Virus record (IMG/VR): IMGVR_UViG_3300044740_000039 | Coordinates: 1-31,890 of that record | Strand: one strand, 5' to 3' | DNA length: 31,890 bases | Source of the DNA: a virus | Taxonomy: Duplodnaviria; Caudoviricetes | Part shown: piece after piece, positions 1-8,463 of the stretch | Numbering within the stretch: the stretch's first letter is position 1 | Layout: each line of letters begins with the position of its first letter | Made by a program: the position numbers and the translations under genes | The notes under the pieces: model-generated | Told to the model about the DNA's origin: nothing | Database searches by the model: none | Seen by the model: the letters and a program-made list of their open reading frames with translations, nothing else

Positions 1-144
1 GAACTCCGGGATTGGCTCCTCGACGTCATCGAGAACGACCCCGACGTGCGCGCCGCGGTCCTCCGCGTCATCGCCGGAGCGCCCAAGCCCCGGCAGCCGA
101 GACCGACCACCACGCATCCGGTGCGACGAGGGAGGGCACGCTGA
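1..144 (+). CDS. 3' end of an upstream hypothetical phage protein (partial: ELRDWLLDVIENDPDVRAAVLRVIAG...RGRAR*)
   Basis: Frame 1 is open from base 1 with GC3-rich codons; its TGA (142-144) overlaps the ATG of the next gene (TGATG coupling). Confidence 0.65.
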   Translation, partial: ELRDWLLDVIENDPDVRAAVLRVIAGAPKPRQPRPTTTHPVRRGRAR

Positions 145-1790
145 TGGCCGGACGAATCGCCACCATCACTGGGACGATGCTCACGCCTGGCGTGTCCCGC
201 AACAAGCGGCTGTACAGCAAAGAGCTGATCGCGAAAGCTGCGGGCCGAATGCAGGAGCGGATCGCCGACCCCGACGGCCTTCCGATCGTCATGCGCACGC
301 ACCATGAGGCCGGTGACGATTCGGTGCGGATCGTCGGCCGGCTCACCGGCGTCAAGGTCGGCGAGGACGGAGCCGCCCGCTACACAGCGGACCTGTACGA
401 CACGGCACACGGACGCGACATCGCCGCCCTGGTCACCGGGAAGCAGCCTGCGCTGAAGTCGGTGTCGATTCACGGCTACTGGCTCGGCCCGGTGAAGACC
501 GTCGAGCACGAAGGCGAGCGCGTCACCACTGGTTCGGACCTGGAGATCGACGCCCTCGACTTCACCGCCACCCCGGGAGTGCTCGGAGCGTCCGTGACGG
601 CCGCCTCCTACGTGCCCGACCGCAGCCCCACGGAGTCCGCTGCGGGCCGTACCCCGATCAGCGAGTCCGTGGAAGCCACCGTGGAACCGGTCACTGAAGA
701 CGCTCCGGACGAGGCGTACTCGGCGAAGCAAAAGAAGGCGATGGTCGCCAAGGGCCAGGCGATGAAAAACGCCTCCGGTGACCCGTCGTACCCGATCAAA
801 TCGAAGGCCGGCCTTCGCAAGGCCATCAGGGCTGTCGGTCGTGGCGGCGCCGACCATGACGCAATCAGGCGTCACATCATCAAGCGCGCCGCCGCCCTCG
901 GCCTCTCCAACATGATCCCCGACAACTGGCAGAAGGACGGCTCCATGAAGGAGAGCGCCACCCGCTACTCGGATGTCCGCGAGTACTACGACGGGCCGGG
1001 CGACGCCGCCGGGTTCTGCATCGACGCCTTCAACGGGCCGACATGCATCACGATCCGGAACAGCTGCATCAACCCTGCCGACCTCCGCGTTGTCGCCAAG
1101 GCCGCCATGGATGCCGTCGCCAGCGCCCTCCAGGCCCTCGACCCCGACATGGACGCCGACGTCGACGTGGACGGCGCAGACGGCGACGACGAAGGCCCGG
1201 ACGACGACATGGAGTCCGTGCCCGCCGCCGCGCAGACCCTCGGCGAGGCGCGCGCCGAGCTCGGCGTCCCGCCCGTCGTAGAGCCGAACGTCCCCATGCC
1301 CACGCCCTCCCCTCAGACTTCCCCGGCCGACCCGGCAGGGGAGACCACCGAATCCGACACCACGGAGGTGCCCGCCGTGAGCGAGCCCACGACCCCGGCC
1401 GCCGAGACGGCCAGCACCCCGCCCACCCTCGCGCCGCTGGTCGCGCTGACGCAGGAGCAGTTCGCGCAGCTCCTCGACCGCGTCGCCCCTGCCCGCGAGA
1501 CCGCGCCCGCCCCGGAGGCCCCGGCCGCCGAGACCGCGCCCGAGCCGGCGCCGGTCGAGGAGACCGAGGAGCAGCGCGTCGCCCGCCTCGTCGCCGAGGG
1601 CCTCGCCGCGGCGAAGGACGAACTGCGCGAGCAGCTCCTCCGCGAGCACGGCACGCCGGCCCGCAAGGGCTTCCGCGTCCACGAGTCCGAGCAGCCTGCC
1701 GCCGAGGAGCCCGACGCGGAGCAGCTGTTCGCCGACCGGGCCGAGATCCTCCTCGGCGCGTTCGGCCGCACCCCCCAGCCCGCCCAGTAG
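144..1790 (+). CDS. Prohead (capsid maturation) protease fused to a scaffold-like acidic/Pro-rich tail, with an internal DUF6582-like domain
   Basis: ATG 144 after GGAGG; N-terminal SRNKRLY..MRTHH..KSVSIHG..ALDFTATPG resembles HK97/assemblin-type proteases; SYPI..AIRAVGRG..IRRHIIKRAAALG..IPDNW module; directly upstream of the capsid gene. Confidence 0.8.
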   Translation: MAGRIATITGTMLTPGVSRNKRLYSKELIAKAAGRMQERIADPDGLPIVMRTHHEAGDDSVRIVGRLTGVKVGEDGAARYTADLYDTAHGRDIAALVTGKQPALKSVSIHGYWLGPVKTVEHEGERVTTGSDLEIDALDFTATPGVLGASVTAASYVPDRSPTESAAGRTPISESVEATVEPVTEDAPDEAYSAKQKKAMVAKGQAMKNASGDPSYPIKSKAGLRKAIRAVGRGGADHDAIRRHIIKRAAALGLSNMIPDNWQKDGSMKESATRYSDVREYYDGPGDAAGFCIDAFNGPTCITIRNSCINPADLRVVAKAAMDAVASALQALDPDMDADVDVDGADGDDEGPDDDMESVPAAAQTLGEARAELGVPPVVEPNVPMPTPSPQTSPADPAGETTESDTTEVPAVSEPTTPAAETASTPPTLAPLVALTQEQFAQLLDRVAPARETAPAPEAPAAETAPEPAPVEETEEQRVARLVAEGLAAAKDELREQLLREHGTPARKGFRVHESEQPAAEEPDAEQLFADRAEILLGAFGRTPQPAQ

Positions 1791-1806
1791 GCAGGCAGCC
1801 CCTCCT

Positions 1807-1887
1807 GAAAGCCCCGCCACCCGCGGGGCTTTCGCACTTTCCGCCCACCTCAGCCCCGCACGGCAGCAGCCGCGTGGGGCTTTCGCA
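1807..1887 (+). promoter_or_regulatory. Two tandem hairpins, each ending GGGGCTTTCGCA, upstream of the capsid RBS (terminator/processing-like)
   Basis: GAAAGCCCCGC/GCGGGGCTTTC (1807-1833) and AGCCCCGC..GTGGGGCT (1852-1881), followed by AAGGAGG. Confidence 0.7.
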
Positions 1888-1905
1888 TGAAAAGGAGGCG
1901 CTTCC

Positions 1906-3270
1906 ATGCCGACCGAGCTGGAAGAAGCCATCACGACTGCCGGTGCAGTCTCCCCCCTCATCCCGAAGTCCATCGACCCGGTGCTCCTGGAGTACCAGCG
2001 CCGGTACGCGCCGTTGCTCGCCGCGATCCCGTCGAAGCAGTGGCACAGCACGCAGTACTTCTTCAACCGGCGCGTCTCGAGGCCGGACTCTGGTGGTGTC
2101 GTCGACGGCGGCGCTCGCCCGATCGGCAACTCCACCTACGAGCAGTCGGTGTTCAACATCAGGCTGTACCAGGCCGTCGGCTCCGTCACCGGGTTCGCGC
2201 AGACCGTCACCCGCGACATCGTCGGCGACCTGCGGCAGCTCGAACTCGACGGCACCGTCACCTCCATGCTGTGGACGCTGGAGAACAGCTTCATCTGGGG
2301 CAACGACGGCGCCACCGCCAACGGCCAGTACCCGATCTGCTCCGGCCTGGACTACCTCGTGTCCAACTGGACCGCGGGCACCGGGTCGAACAACTACGTC
2401 AACGCCACCGACCTGGCGGGCGGCAACTTCGCGCTGAAGAACCTCGACGAGCTCATCGACCTCGTCGAGACCAACGCGGCCATGCCGATCGGCTCCGACT
2501 GGATGTTCGTCATGTCGCCGCGCATGAACAGCAACGTCGGCCAGCTCCTGCTCAACCAGCAGCGCTTCGCCGCGCCGACCGTCACGATCGGCGCCGGTCT
2601 CAACGTGCCGACGTACCGCGACATCCCGATCGTCAAGAGCTCGTTCCTGAGCCCCCGGTCGAACCAGATGGGCACCGTGACCACCGGCACGGCCACCACG
2701 GGTGGTTCTCTGGCGGCGGGCACCTACTACTACCAGGTGTCCGCGGTCGTCGCCCGCTTCGGCGAGATCTCCGCGTCCACCGAGGTGTCGCAGGCCACCA
2801 CCGGCAGCACCAGCACGGTGACGCTGTCGTTCAGCACCCCGTCGAACCTCCCCGACGGTGCCAGCCCGGTCCTGTACAAGGTGTACCGCAGCACGGCCGG
2901 CGGCGGCGAGACGCTCCTGGGTGTGGTCGACGCGTTCGACACCACCGGCGCGGCGGTCACGTCGATCGTCGACACCGGGTCGAACCTGCTCACCAACAGC
3001 TCGGGCAACACTGGCCCGACCGCGTACCAGGGCACGAACACCGGTGCCAAGCCGCGCAGCGCAACTGCCGCGGCCGAGGACATCTACCTCGTCCCGCGGA
3101 ACCCGGACTTCATGGTCCGCCCGTACACGCGCGACATGCAGATCCTGCCGCTCGCGCCCACCGTCACCGCGCCGGATACACTTCCTTTCGCTGTCTTGAC
3201 GGACACATGCCTGGCCTCGCGCGGCCCGAAATACACGGGGCGTTTGAGTCGAGTGGTGGCCAATATCTAA
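1906..3270 (+). CDS. Major capsid protein with an inserted FN3/Ig-like domain
   Basis: Strong RBS AAGGAGG; follows the protease; LENSFIWG..SGLD..LDELID..YRDIPIV pattern typical of HK97-fold capsids; insertion GGSLAAGTYYYQVSAV..YKVYRS. Confidence 0.88.
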   Translation: MPTELEEAITTAGAVSPLIPKSIDPVLLEYQRRYAPLLAAIPSKQWHSTQYFFNRRVSRPDSGGVVDGGARPIGNSTYEQSVFNIRLYQAVGSVTGFAQTVTRDIVGDLRQLELDGTVTSMLWTLENSFIWGNDGATANGQYPICSGLDYLVSNWTAGTGSNNYVNATDLAGGNFALKNLDELIDLVETNAAMPIGSDWMFVMSPRMNSNVGQLLLNQQRFAAPTVTIGAGLNVPTYRDIPIVKSSFLSPRSNQMGTVTTGTATTGGSLAAGTYYYQVSAVVARFGEISASTEVSQATTGSTSTVTLSFSTPSNLPDGASPVLYKVYRSTAGGGETLLGVVDAFDTTGAAVTSIVDTGSNLLTNSSGNTGPTAYQGTNTGAKPRSATAAAEDIYLVPRNPDFMVRPYTRDMQILPLAPTVTAPDTLPFAVLTDTCLASRGPKYTGRLSRVVANI

Positions 3271-3299
3271 TTCAGCGCCCCTAGTTGGGGATTCTGGAT

Positions 3300-3349
3300 T
3301 AGAATTACGGCAACAAAGCGGCCGGGAAGGTGTGCATACCTTCCCGGCC
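3300..3349 (+). promoter_or_regulatory. Putative -10 (TAGAAT) and 12-bp hairpin in the HNH gene leader
   Basis: TAGAAT at 3300-3305 in an AT-rich patch; perfect stem GGCCGGGAAGGT/ACCTTCCCGGCC at 3320-3349. Confidence 0.55.
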
Positions 3350-3377
3350 TGCGCCGAACCTGTCTCGGAGGTCCGAC

Positions 3378-4013
3378 ATGGACGAGAGTACCGCCGCTCG
3401 GTTCTACAGCAAGGTCAACAAGAACGGCCCAATTGGGTACCACTGGGAAACCCGTGAGTCCCTGGGGCCATGCTGGGTGTGGAAGGGCAGGCCGTCTGAC
3501 CGGGGCTATGGCTACTTCTGGTTCGACGGCAAGAAGCGCCTGGCCCACCGGTTCTCCTACGAGAACCTCGTCGGCCCGATCCCGGAAGGCCTGGTCATCG
3601 ACCACCTTTGCCGCAACACGGTGTGCGTGAACGCCTTCGGGCACCTGGAGCCTGTCACCGACCGAGTGAACATCCTGCGTGGCGAGGCGCCCCCGGCACG
3701 CAACGTCCTCAAGGACTCCTGCGGCCAGGGTCACCCCCTGGACGAGGAGAACACCTACCTGTACCCGAGTGGCGAGCGTGGGTGTCGCACCTGTCGTGCC
3801 GCGTGGGTGAAGGATTGGCGGGCCACTCAACGGGAGACCCCCGCTGTCCCGATGGGCGAACGCACTCACTGTCCGCAGGGCCATCCCTACGACGAGGCCA
3901 ACACGAAGATCAACGCTCGTGGGCATCGTCTGTGCCGGACCTGCGTCCGCATTAGGGACCGTGAGACGAAGCGAGCCCTGCGCGCCCGCAAGAAGGCGGC
4001 CGAGCAAGGCTGA
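3378..4013 (+). CDS. Free-standing HNH homing endonuclease with two C-terminal Zn-finger repeats
   Basis: RFYSKV..CWVWKG..GYG..AHRFSY..IDHLCRN..CVN..HLEPVT..N; two C-x2-GHP..N..G.R.CRTC repeats; ATG 3378 after GGAGG. Confidence 0.92.
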   Translation: MDESTAARFYSKVNKNGPIGYHWETRESLGPCWVWKGRPSDRGYGYFWFDGKKRLAHRFSYENLVGPIPEGLVIDHLCRNTVCVNAFGHLEPVTDRVNILRGEAPPARNVLKDSCGQGHPLDEENTYLYPSGERGCRTCRAAWVKDWRATQRETPAVPMGERTHCPQGHPYDEANTKINARGHRLCRTCVRIRDRETKRALRARKKAAEQG

Positions 4014-4078
4014 CCAAAACCCCATTCGAGCGCCCTGGCACCTGTGCTGGGGCGTTCGGCATGCCTGGAGGAGGGCGC

Positions 4079-4351
4079 ATGCCGCACATCCGCAAGGACA
4101 AGGCCGGGTCGTGCCCCGGCTACACGTGGGAGCACGACGGCGACGTCGTTGAGATCGACGACCCGTATCTGGTCGGTGAGCTCCTGGCGATCCCCGGTTT
4201 CTCCGAGGTTGCCGCACCGGCCAAGGCCGAGAAGCCCGAGAAGTCGGAGAAGGCCGACGCCGGTCCGGACGCCGAGGGCGACGAGCCTGCGGCTCCGAAG
4301 CGCGGCCGACCGAGGAAGACCACGCAGTCCCAGACCGAGATCAGCGAATGA
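4079..4351 (+). CDS. Small phage head-associated protein with acidic/basic tail (KRGRPRK)
   Basis: GGAGGAGG RBS then ATG 4079; typical small post-capsid gene; GC3-rich. Confidence 0.7.
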   Translation: MPHIRKDKAGSCPGYTWEHDGDVVEIDDPYLVGELLAIPGFSEVAAPAKAEKPEKSEKADAGPDAEGDEPAAPKRGRPRKTTQSQTEISE

Positions 4352-4374
4352 ACCGACCGGCGCAGCGGGGGTGA

Positions 4375-5040
4375 GTGATGATCCCAGACACACCCACCCC
4401 GCTCGCCTCGGTCGCCCAGTTCACGGAAGGCCCGTTCGCGAACCTTGTGTCCGGGTTCTCCACGCAGGCGCAGACGGACCTGATGCTGCAGGCGACCCGC
4501 GCCTGCGAATCCGCGTGCGACCGGCGCCTGGCCCCGTTCACCGGGGTCACGGAGACCCAGCGCGCGGACGCCATGGACATCGAGGACGCCCTCGACGCCT
4601 ACGTGCCCCTCGACCCCACCAGCCAGCTCGGCTTCAGCCGGGCGCAGTCCCTCGGCTCCACGCTGCTCACCCGGCATTTCTGGCTGCGGGAGTTCCCGGC
4701 CCGCTACCCGGAGATGTGGACTGGCAGCATCTCCTCGATCAGCCTGCTCCGCTCGTACTCCGGTACGCAGTCGGTGAGCATCTCGACGATCCAGTACGAG
4801 ACCGACACCGGGCACGTCCGCTTCCAGCTCGGCACGTTCGTGCCGCCCGGCACGACCATCGTGTGCACCTACAGTGGCGGCTACAGCACCGTCCCTGCGG
4901 ACCTGGTGCAGGCCTGCCAGTACATGGCCGCGTCGATGGCCGTGAAGCAGCTCGACCCGGTCGACGGGCGCTCCGGGCACGACCCGGATGCGCTGCGGGC
5001 GGACGCGCTGGAGATGCTCGCCCCGTACACCCGCAAGTAG
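4375..5040 (+). CDS. Head-to-tail adaptor (head completion) protein
   Basis: LASVAQF..LMLQATRACESACDR..YSGGYSTVPADLVQAC..MLAPY motifs typical of gp15/gp6-like adaptors; synteny. Confidence 0.8.
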   Translation: MMIPDTPTPLASVAQFTEGPFANLVSGFSTQAQTDLMLQATRACESACDRRLAPFTGVTETQRADAMDIEDALDAYVPLDPTSQLGFSRAQSLGSTLLTRHFWLREFPARYPEMWTGSISSISLLRSYSGTQSVSISTIQYETDTGHVRFQLGTFVPPGTTIVCTYSGGYSTVPADLVQACQYMAASMAVKQLDPVDGRSGHDPDALRADALEMLAPYTRK

Positions 5041-5052
5041 GGGGCGGTCGCC

Positions 5053-5700
5053 GTGGCCTGGGGACACCACCGCCACACCGGCGGACACCACCATCACCGC
5101 GGGCACAGGCTGTCGGCGTCGACCCGCGCCCGCATATCGGCCGCACTGAAGGGCCGGCACCACCGGGGGCATCGCGGGCATCACCGACACGGTGTCCACC
5201 ACCGGCATGTGACGCACCGGCATCACCGCCGTCACTACCACCTCAAGCACAAGCGGCATCTGAAGCACAGGCGCCACTACCACCTGCGGCATAAGCGGCA
5301 CCTCAAGCACAAGGTGCATCGGCGGCATTACCACCTGAAGCATCGCCGCCACCTCCGCCACAAGATCCACCGCAGGCACTATCACCTGAAACACAAGCGG
5401 CACCTGCGGCATCCGGTCCACCGCCGCAAGGGCTACCACCTGAAGCACAAGCGCCGCCCCGGCCTGCACCACCGCCATACGGTCCACCACCGGCATGGCC
5501 TGCATCACCGGCACGGCGGCACCGCTCGCCACCACCGCAAGAGGCTGCTGCACGGCCGCAGGCTCACCCACTTCGGGCCGATCCGGCACCGGCGCGGGCA
5601 ACGCTTCGGACCCAACCACCACCGTCACGGCACCCGCTTCCACCGCCGGGCGCCACTGTCCCGACGGGTCAGCAACAGGCGGCGACGCAGGAGGAGGTGA
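5053..5700 (+). CDS. His/Arg/Lys-rich repeat protein with an N-terminal NUMOD3-like helix (function unknown)
   Basis: Fills the 5041-5706 gap; GC3-rich CAC/CGC/AAG codons; its end supplies the AGGAGG RBS of the next gene; repeats conserved in amino acid with synonymous codon variation. Confidence 0.75.
   Translation: MAWGHHRHTGGHHHHRGHRLSASTRARISAALKGRHHRGHRGHHRHGVHHRHVTHRHHRRHYHLKHKRHLKHRRHYHLRHKRHLKHKVHRRHYHLKHRRHLRHKIHRRHYHLKHKRHLRHPVHRRKGYHLKHKRRPGLHHRHTVHHRHGLHHRHGGTARHHRKRLLHGRRLTHFGPIRHRRGQRFGPNHHRHGTRFHRRAPLSRRVSNRRRRRRR
5227..5457 (+). repeat. Five imperfect coding repeats RR(H)YHL(K/R)H(K/R)RHL(K/R)H(xxH), period 14-17 aa
   Basis: Visible in the translation; DNA variants cactaccacctcaag / cactaccacctgcgg / cattaccacctgaag / cactatcacctgaaa / ggctaccacctgaag. 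Confidence 0.85.
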
Positions 5701-5706
5701 GGCGCC

Positions 5707-6192
5707 GTGAGCACAGCTGACGCAGTGGATCGCGAGACCGCGTGGCTGACCACGGCGAACGACGGCCTCCCCAACCTGCTCACCACGAACGGCGGCCCCT
5801 GGGCCAGCATCCAGGCCTACCAGCCGCGCACGCCCGGCCGCCGCTCCACCTATGTGATCGTCCTGCGGCGCCAGATACACGAGAAGCGCTTCGCGAACAT
5901 CCGCCGCATGCCCACCTACGAGTTCGTCCTCAAACTCATCTGGCCACTCTCCAGCGGCCAGGGCCGAGCCGAGGACGACCAGCGCGCTTTCGATGCCGCG
6001 GTCGACAAGCTCCTCACCCGGATCGGCGGTTTCCCCGGCGACAAGAGCCACGGCGGGCGCTTCCTCAGCGTGGCCGAGAACCCCGAGTACGTGAACGTCC
6101 GGTTCGAAGACCCAGTGACCACGATGCCGCCCGAGGCCGAGTTCCGCGCCGAGATCACGTACTTTGCCGACGACACCGAGATCACCGGCTGA
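5707..6192 (+). CDS. Putative tail terminator / tail completion protein
   Basis: GTG after AGGAGG; ~160 aa alpha/beta protein shortly before the major tail gene; synteny only. Confidence 0.65.
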   Translation: MSTADAVDRETAWLTTANDGLPNLLTTNGGPWASIQAYQPRTPGRRSTYVIVLRRQIHEKRFANIRRMPTYEFVLKLIWPLSSGQGRAEDDQRAFDAAVDKLLTRIGGFPGDKSHGGRFLSVAENPEYVNVRFEDPVTTMPPEAEFRAEITYFADDTEITG

Positions 6193-6250
6193 CCCCCCTT
6201 CCCGCCCAGCCCCCGCATCGCCGGGGGCTTCTGTATGCCCGGAGGCCCCT

Positions 6251-6460
6251 GTGCGACAGCGCAGCATGCACGAGGCGCCGGTCGACATCCCGGAAATCCC
6301 GGCCACGGTCGGGCCCGGCGAAACCGTCGACTGGCCCCACCCGATCGCCGGATTCGAACCCGTCGACGACGAGCCCACGCCCGACGATGCGCCGGCCAAG
6401 ACCACCCGCAAGAAGGCAGCGCCCGCGTCGGCGCCCACCGGTGAGGAGCCGACGAAGTGA
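6251..6460 (+). CDS. Small hypothetical protein preceding the major tail gene
   Basis: GGAGG 6241-6245 then GTG 6251; TGA overlaps the GTG of the tail gene (GTGA). Confidence 0.65.
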   Translation: MRQRSMHEAPVDIPEIPATVGPGETVDWPHPIAGFEPVDDEPTPDDAPAKTTRKKAAPASAPTGEEPTK

Positions 6461-7626
6461 CTGCAATCAGCAGGTTGGCGACCATGGGCCTCGCCAAGGA
6501 GTCCACTCCGGGTACGTGGCTCGCGCCGCAAATTGGCATCCCCTTCACCAAGGGCGATTTCGAGGATATGTACACGGAGCTCAAGGACGAGTCGTACCGG
6601 GGCAATGACACGGTGCTGCAAGGCATGTACCAGGGCGTCGTGCACTGCGAGTGGCAGATCGACGTCCTGTGCTACCCCGATTTGCTGGGGCATTTCCTCG
6701 CTGGGGTGATCGGCCCGGACACGGTGACCCCGGCGACGTCGACGACGCTGTCCGCGGGCACGACCGTCGGGGCGACGTCGATACAGACGGCGGTGTCGCT
6801 CGCTGCGGGCACGGTCGTAAAGATCGGCACGGGTGCCGCGCTGGAGTACGCGTGGACGGATGGCGCGGCAACCGGCACAGGACCGTACACCAGCAACATC
6901 ACCACCGTGCTGGGGAAGACGGGCACGAGCCGGGTCGGGCTGGCGAACACACACAGCTCGTCGGACCCGGTGGTCACGACGACCACGCACACCTTCAAGC
7001 AGTCCACGGCCGCGCTGCCCACGTACTCGCTGACCGTGTACGACACGACGCAGACGCTGTCAGCGAGCTGGGCGCGCCTGTCCGACCTTCAGCTGAAGAT
7101 CGACCCCAAGGGCGCGGTCACCGCCAGCATCAAGTACATCAGCTTCCCGACCGTCCCGCAGACGACGCAGACGGAGACGTTCAGCACCTATGACCCCCTG
7201 TTGGGCTGGAGCTGGGCCATGACCAACGCGGGGGCGTCCAGCACGCGCGGCCTGTCGCTGGACGCGACGGTCAAGCGGGCCACCGAAGCGATCGCGTCGT
7301 CGGACGGCAACCAGACGCCGCGCGAGGTCTTCGCCGGTCCCATCGAGGTCGACGGCAGCTATAAAGCGATCTTCGAGAACCAGACCGACATGAACCTCTA
7401 CCTGCAATACACGCAGACCGCGACCACCGCGCAGCTCCAACAGCCCGTCGCCCGCGGCGGCCAGTCCCTGTCGCTCACCATGAGCAAGAGCGGCTACTAC
7501 AAGGGAAAGCGCGACCTCTCCCAGCCCTACGTCCAGGCGGACTTCAGCCTCAGCGGCATCTACAACACCACCGACGGCGGCGCCGTCCAGGCCGTGCTCC
7601 AGAACTGGAGCACCAGCGCATATTAG
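6457..7626 (+). CDS. Major tail (tube) protein with an inserted beta-rich domain
   Basis: MGLAKESTPGTW N-terminus, THTF..LPTYSL motif, Thr/Ser-rich; upstream of the chaperone and tape measure. Confidence 0.85.
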   Translation: MTAISRLATMGLAKESTPGTWLAPQIGIPFTKGDFEDMYTELKDESYRGNDTVLQGMYQGVVHCEWQIDVLCYPDLLGHFLAGVIGPDTVTPATSTTLSAGTTVGATSIQTAVSLAAGTVVKIGTGAALEYAWTDGAATGTGPYTSNITTVLGKTGTSRVGLANTHSSSDPVVTTTTHTFKQSTAALPTYSLTVYDTTQTLSASWARLSDLQLKIDPKGAVTASIKYISFPTVPQTTQTETFSTYDPLLGWSWAMTNAGASSTRGLSLDATVKRATEAIASSDGNQTPREVFAGPIEVDGSYKAIFENQTDMNLYLQYTQTATTAQLQQPVARGGQSLSLTMSKSGYYKGKRDLSQPYVQADFSLSGIYNTTDGGAVQAVLQNWSTSAY

Positions 7627-8042
7627 CGATCAAGGTACGCGGCAGCTCTCGCCATCTTCTCCACGTCGTCTTGGAACATGCCGAGGCCGGTGTTGCAGTG
7701 GGCGCAGAGCAGGCCCCGGGCACGGCCCGAGGTGTGACAGTGGTCCAGGACCACGCGCATATCGGGCCCTTCCGGGGAGCGGCAAATCGCGCACGCTCGT
7801 CCTTGGCGCTCGAACATGGCCTCCACTTCCTCGGAAGTCAGACCGTACTGCCGCCTCAAGTCGGAGCGGCGCTGCTTGGCGTAGTGTCGAGCTGGGTTGT
7901 CTCGTTGCCACTGGATGACGAGCGCGACAGCGCAGGGCTTACACCGGGGCTGCCGTCCGTCACGAGATCCGGATTTCCGATGGAACTCGGTGAGGGGTTT
8001 TTTCTCACCGCAAGCGGAACACTGCTTCCACGCCTCAGTCAT
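7623..8042 (-). CDS. Endonuclease VII-family nuclease (copy 2)
   Basis: KQCSACG..CKPC Zn ribbon; YGLT..QG..CAIC..DHCHTSG..RGLLCAHCNTGLG..DD..YL. Confidence 0.9.
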   Translation of the reverse strand: MTEAWKQCSACGEKKPLTEFHRKSGSRDGRQPRCKPCAVALVIQWQRDNPARHYAKQRRSDLRRQYGLTSEEVEAMFERQGRACAICRSPEGPDMRVVLDHCHTSGRARGLLCAHCNTGLGMFQDDVEKMARAAAYLDR

Positions 8043-8457
8043 CGAGAGCTCCGGCTACGTAGGTGATGGCGGAACGGATCACTTCGGAACGGTCACGGAA
8101 TGCGCCAAGGCCCTTGTTGCATGGCCTACACAGCAGTCCGCGCACGCGACCGGTGACGTGACAGTGGTCGACGTGGAAGTACTTTGCTCGCTGTCCTGGC
8201 GGACCATCGCATATGGCGCAGACGCCGCCCTGCTCGCGTAGAAGTCGGTCGTACTCGGCGACGGTGATTCCGTAGCGGCGCTTGAGATCGTAGCCGCGCT
8301 GAAGAGCAGGGAGGTCGTCAGCGATGCGTTTCACTCGCTCGGCGACAGCCTTCTTGTGGCACTCCTTGCATGTTCGCCCTCGCGGCTTTCCCGTCTGCTT
8401 TTTCAAGTAGTAGTCATCAACCGGCTTCACGACCCCGCATTTTCCGCATTCCCGCAC
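8035..8457 (-). CDS. Endonuclease VII-family nuclease (copy 1)
   Basis: CGKCG..CKEC; YGIT..QGGVCAIC..VDHCHVTGRVRGLLCRPCNKGLG..D..YV; overlaps copy 2. Confidence 0.9.
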   Translation of the reverse strand: MRECGKCGVVKPVDDYYLKKQTGKPRGRTCKECHKKAVAERVKRIADDLPALQRGYDLKRRYGITVAEYDRLLREQGGVCAICDGPPGQRAKYFHVDHCHVTGRVRGLLCRPCNKGLGAFRDRSEVIRSAITYVAGALDD

Positions 8458-8463
8458 TTGCCA

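Noticed and set aside
12-143. Longer N-termini in the ORF track (e.g. starts at 12, 3330, 9145, 10131, 19263, 21963, 25889)
   Set aside because: They overlap neighbouring genes and lack RBSs; downstream starts with an RBS, coupling or leaderless -10 fit better
3271-4060. Group I intron or intein hosting the HNH gene
   Set aside because: The capsid ORF ends with a plausible C-terminus and stop before the HNH; no downstream exon or splice motifs recognised; treated as free-standing
5227-5457. Repeats considered as a CRISPR array or non-coding tandem repeat
   Set aside because: No identical repeats with unique spacers; variation is mainly at synonymous positions; no cas genes
4120-6990. 956-aa minus-strand ORF with Val/Met-rich repeats
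   Set aside because: Antisense shadow of GC3-biased + strand neck and tail genes; the VVM-type repeats are the reverse complement of His codons; no RBS or domain
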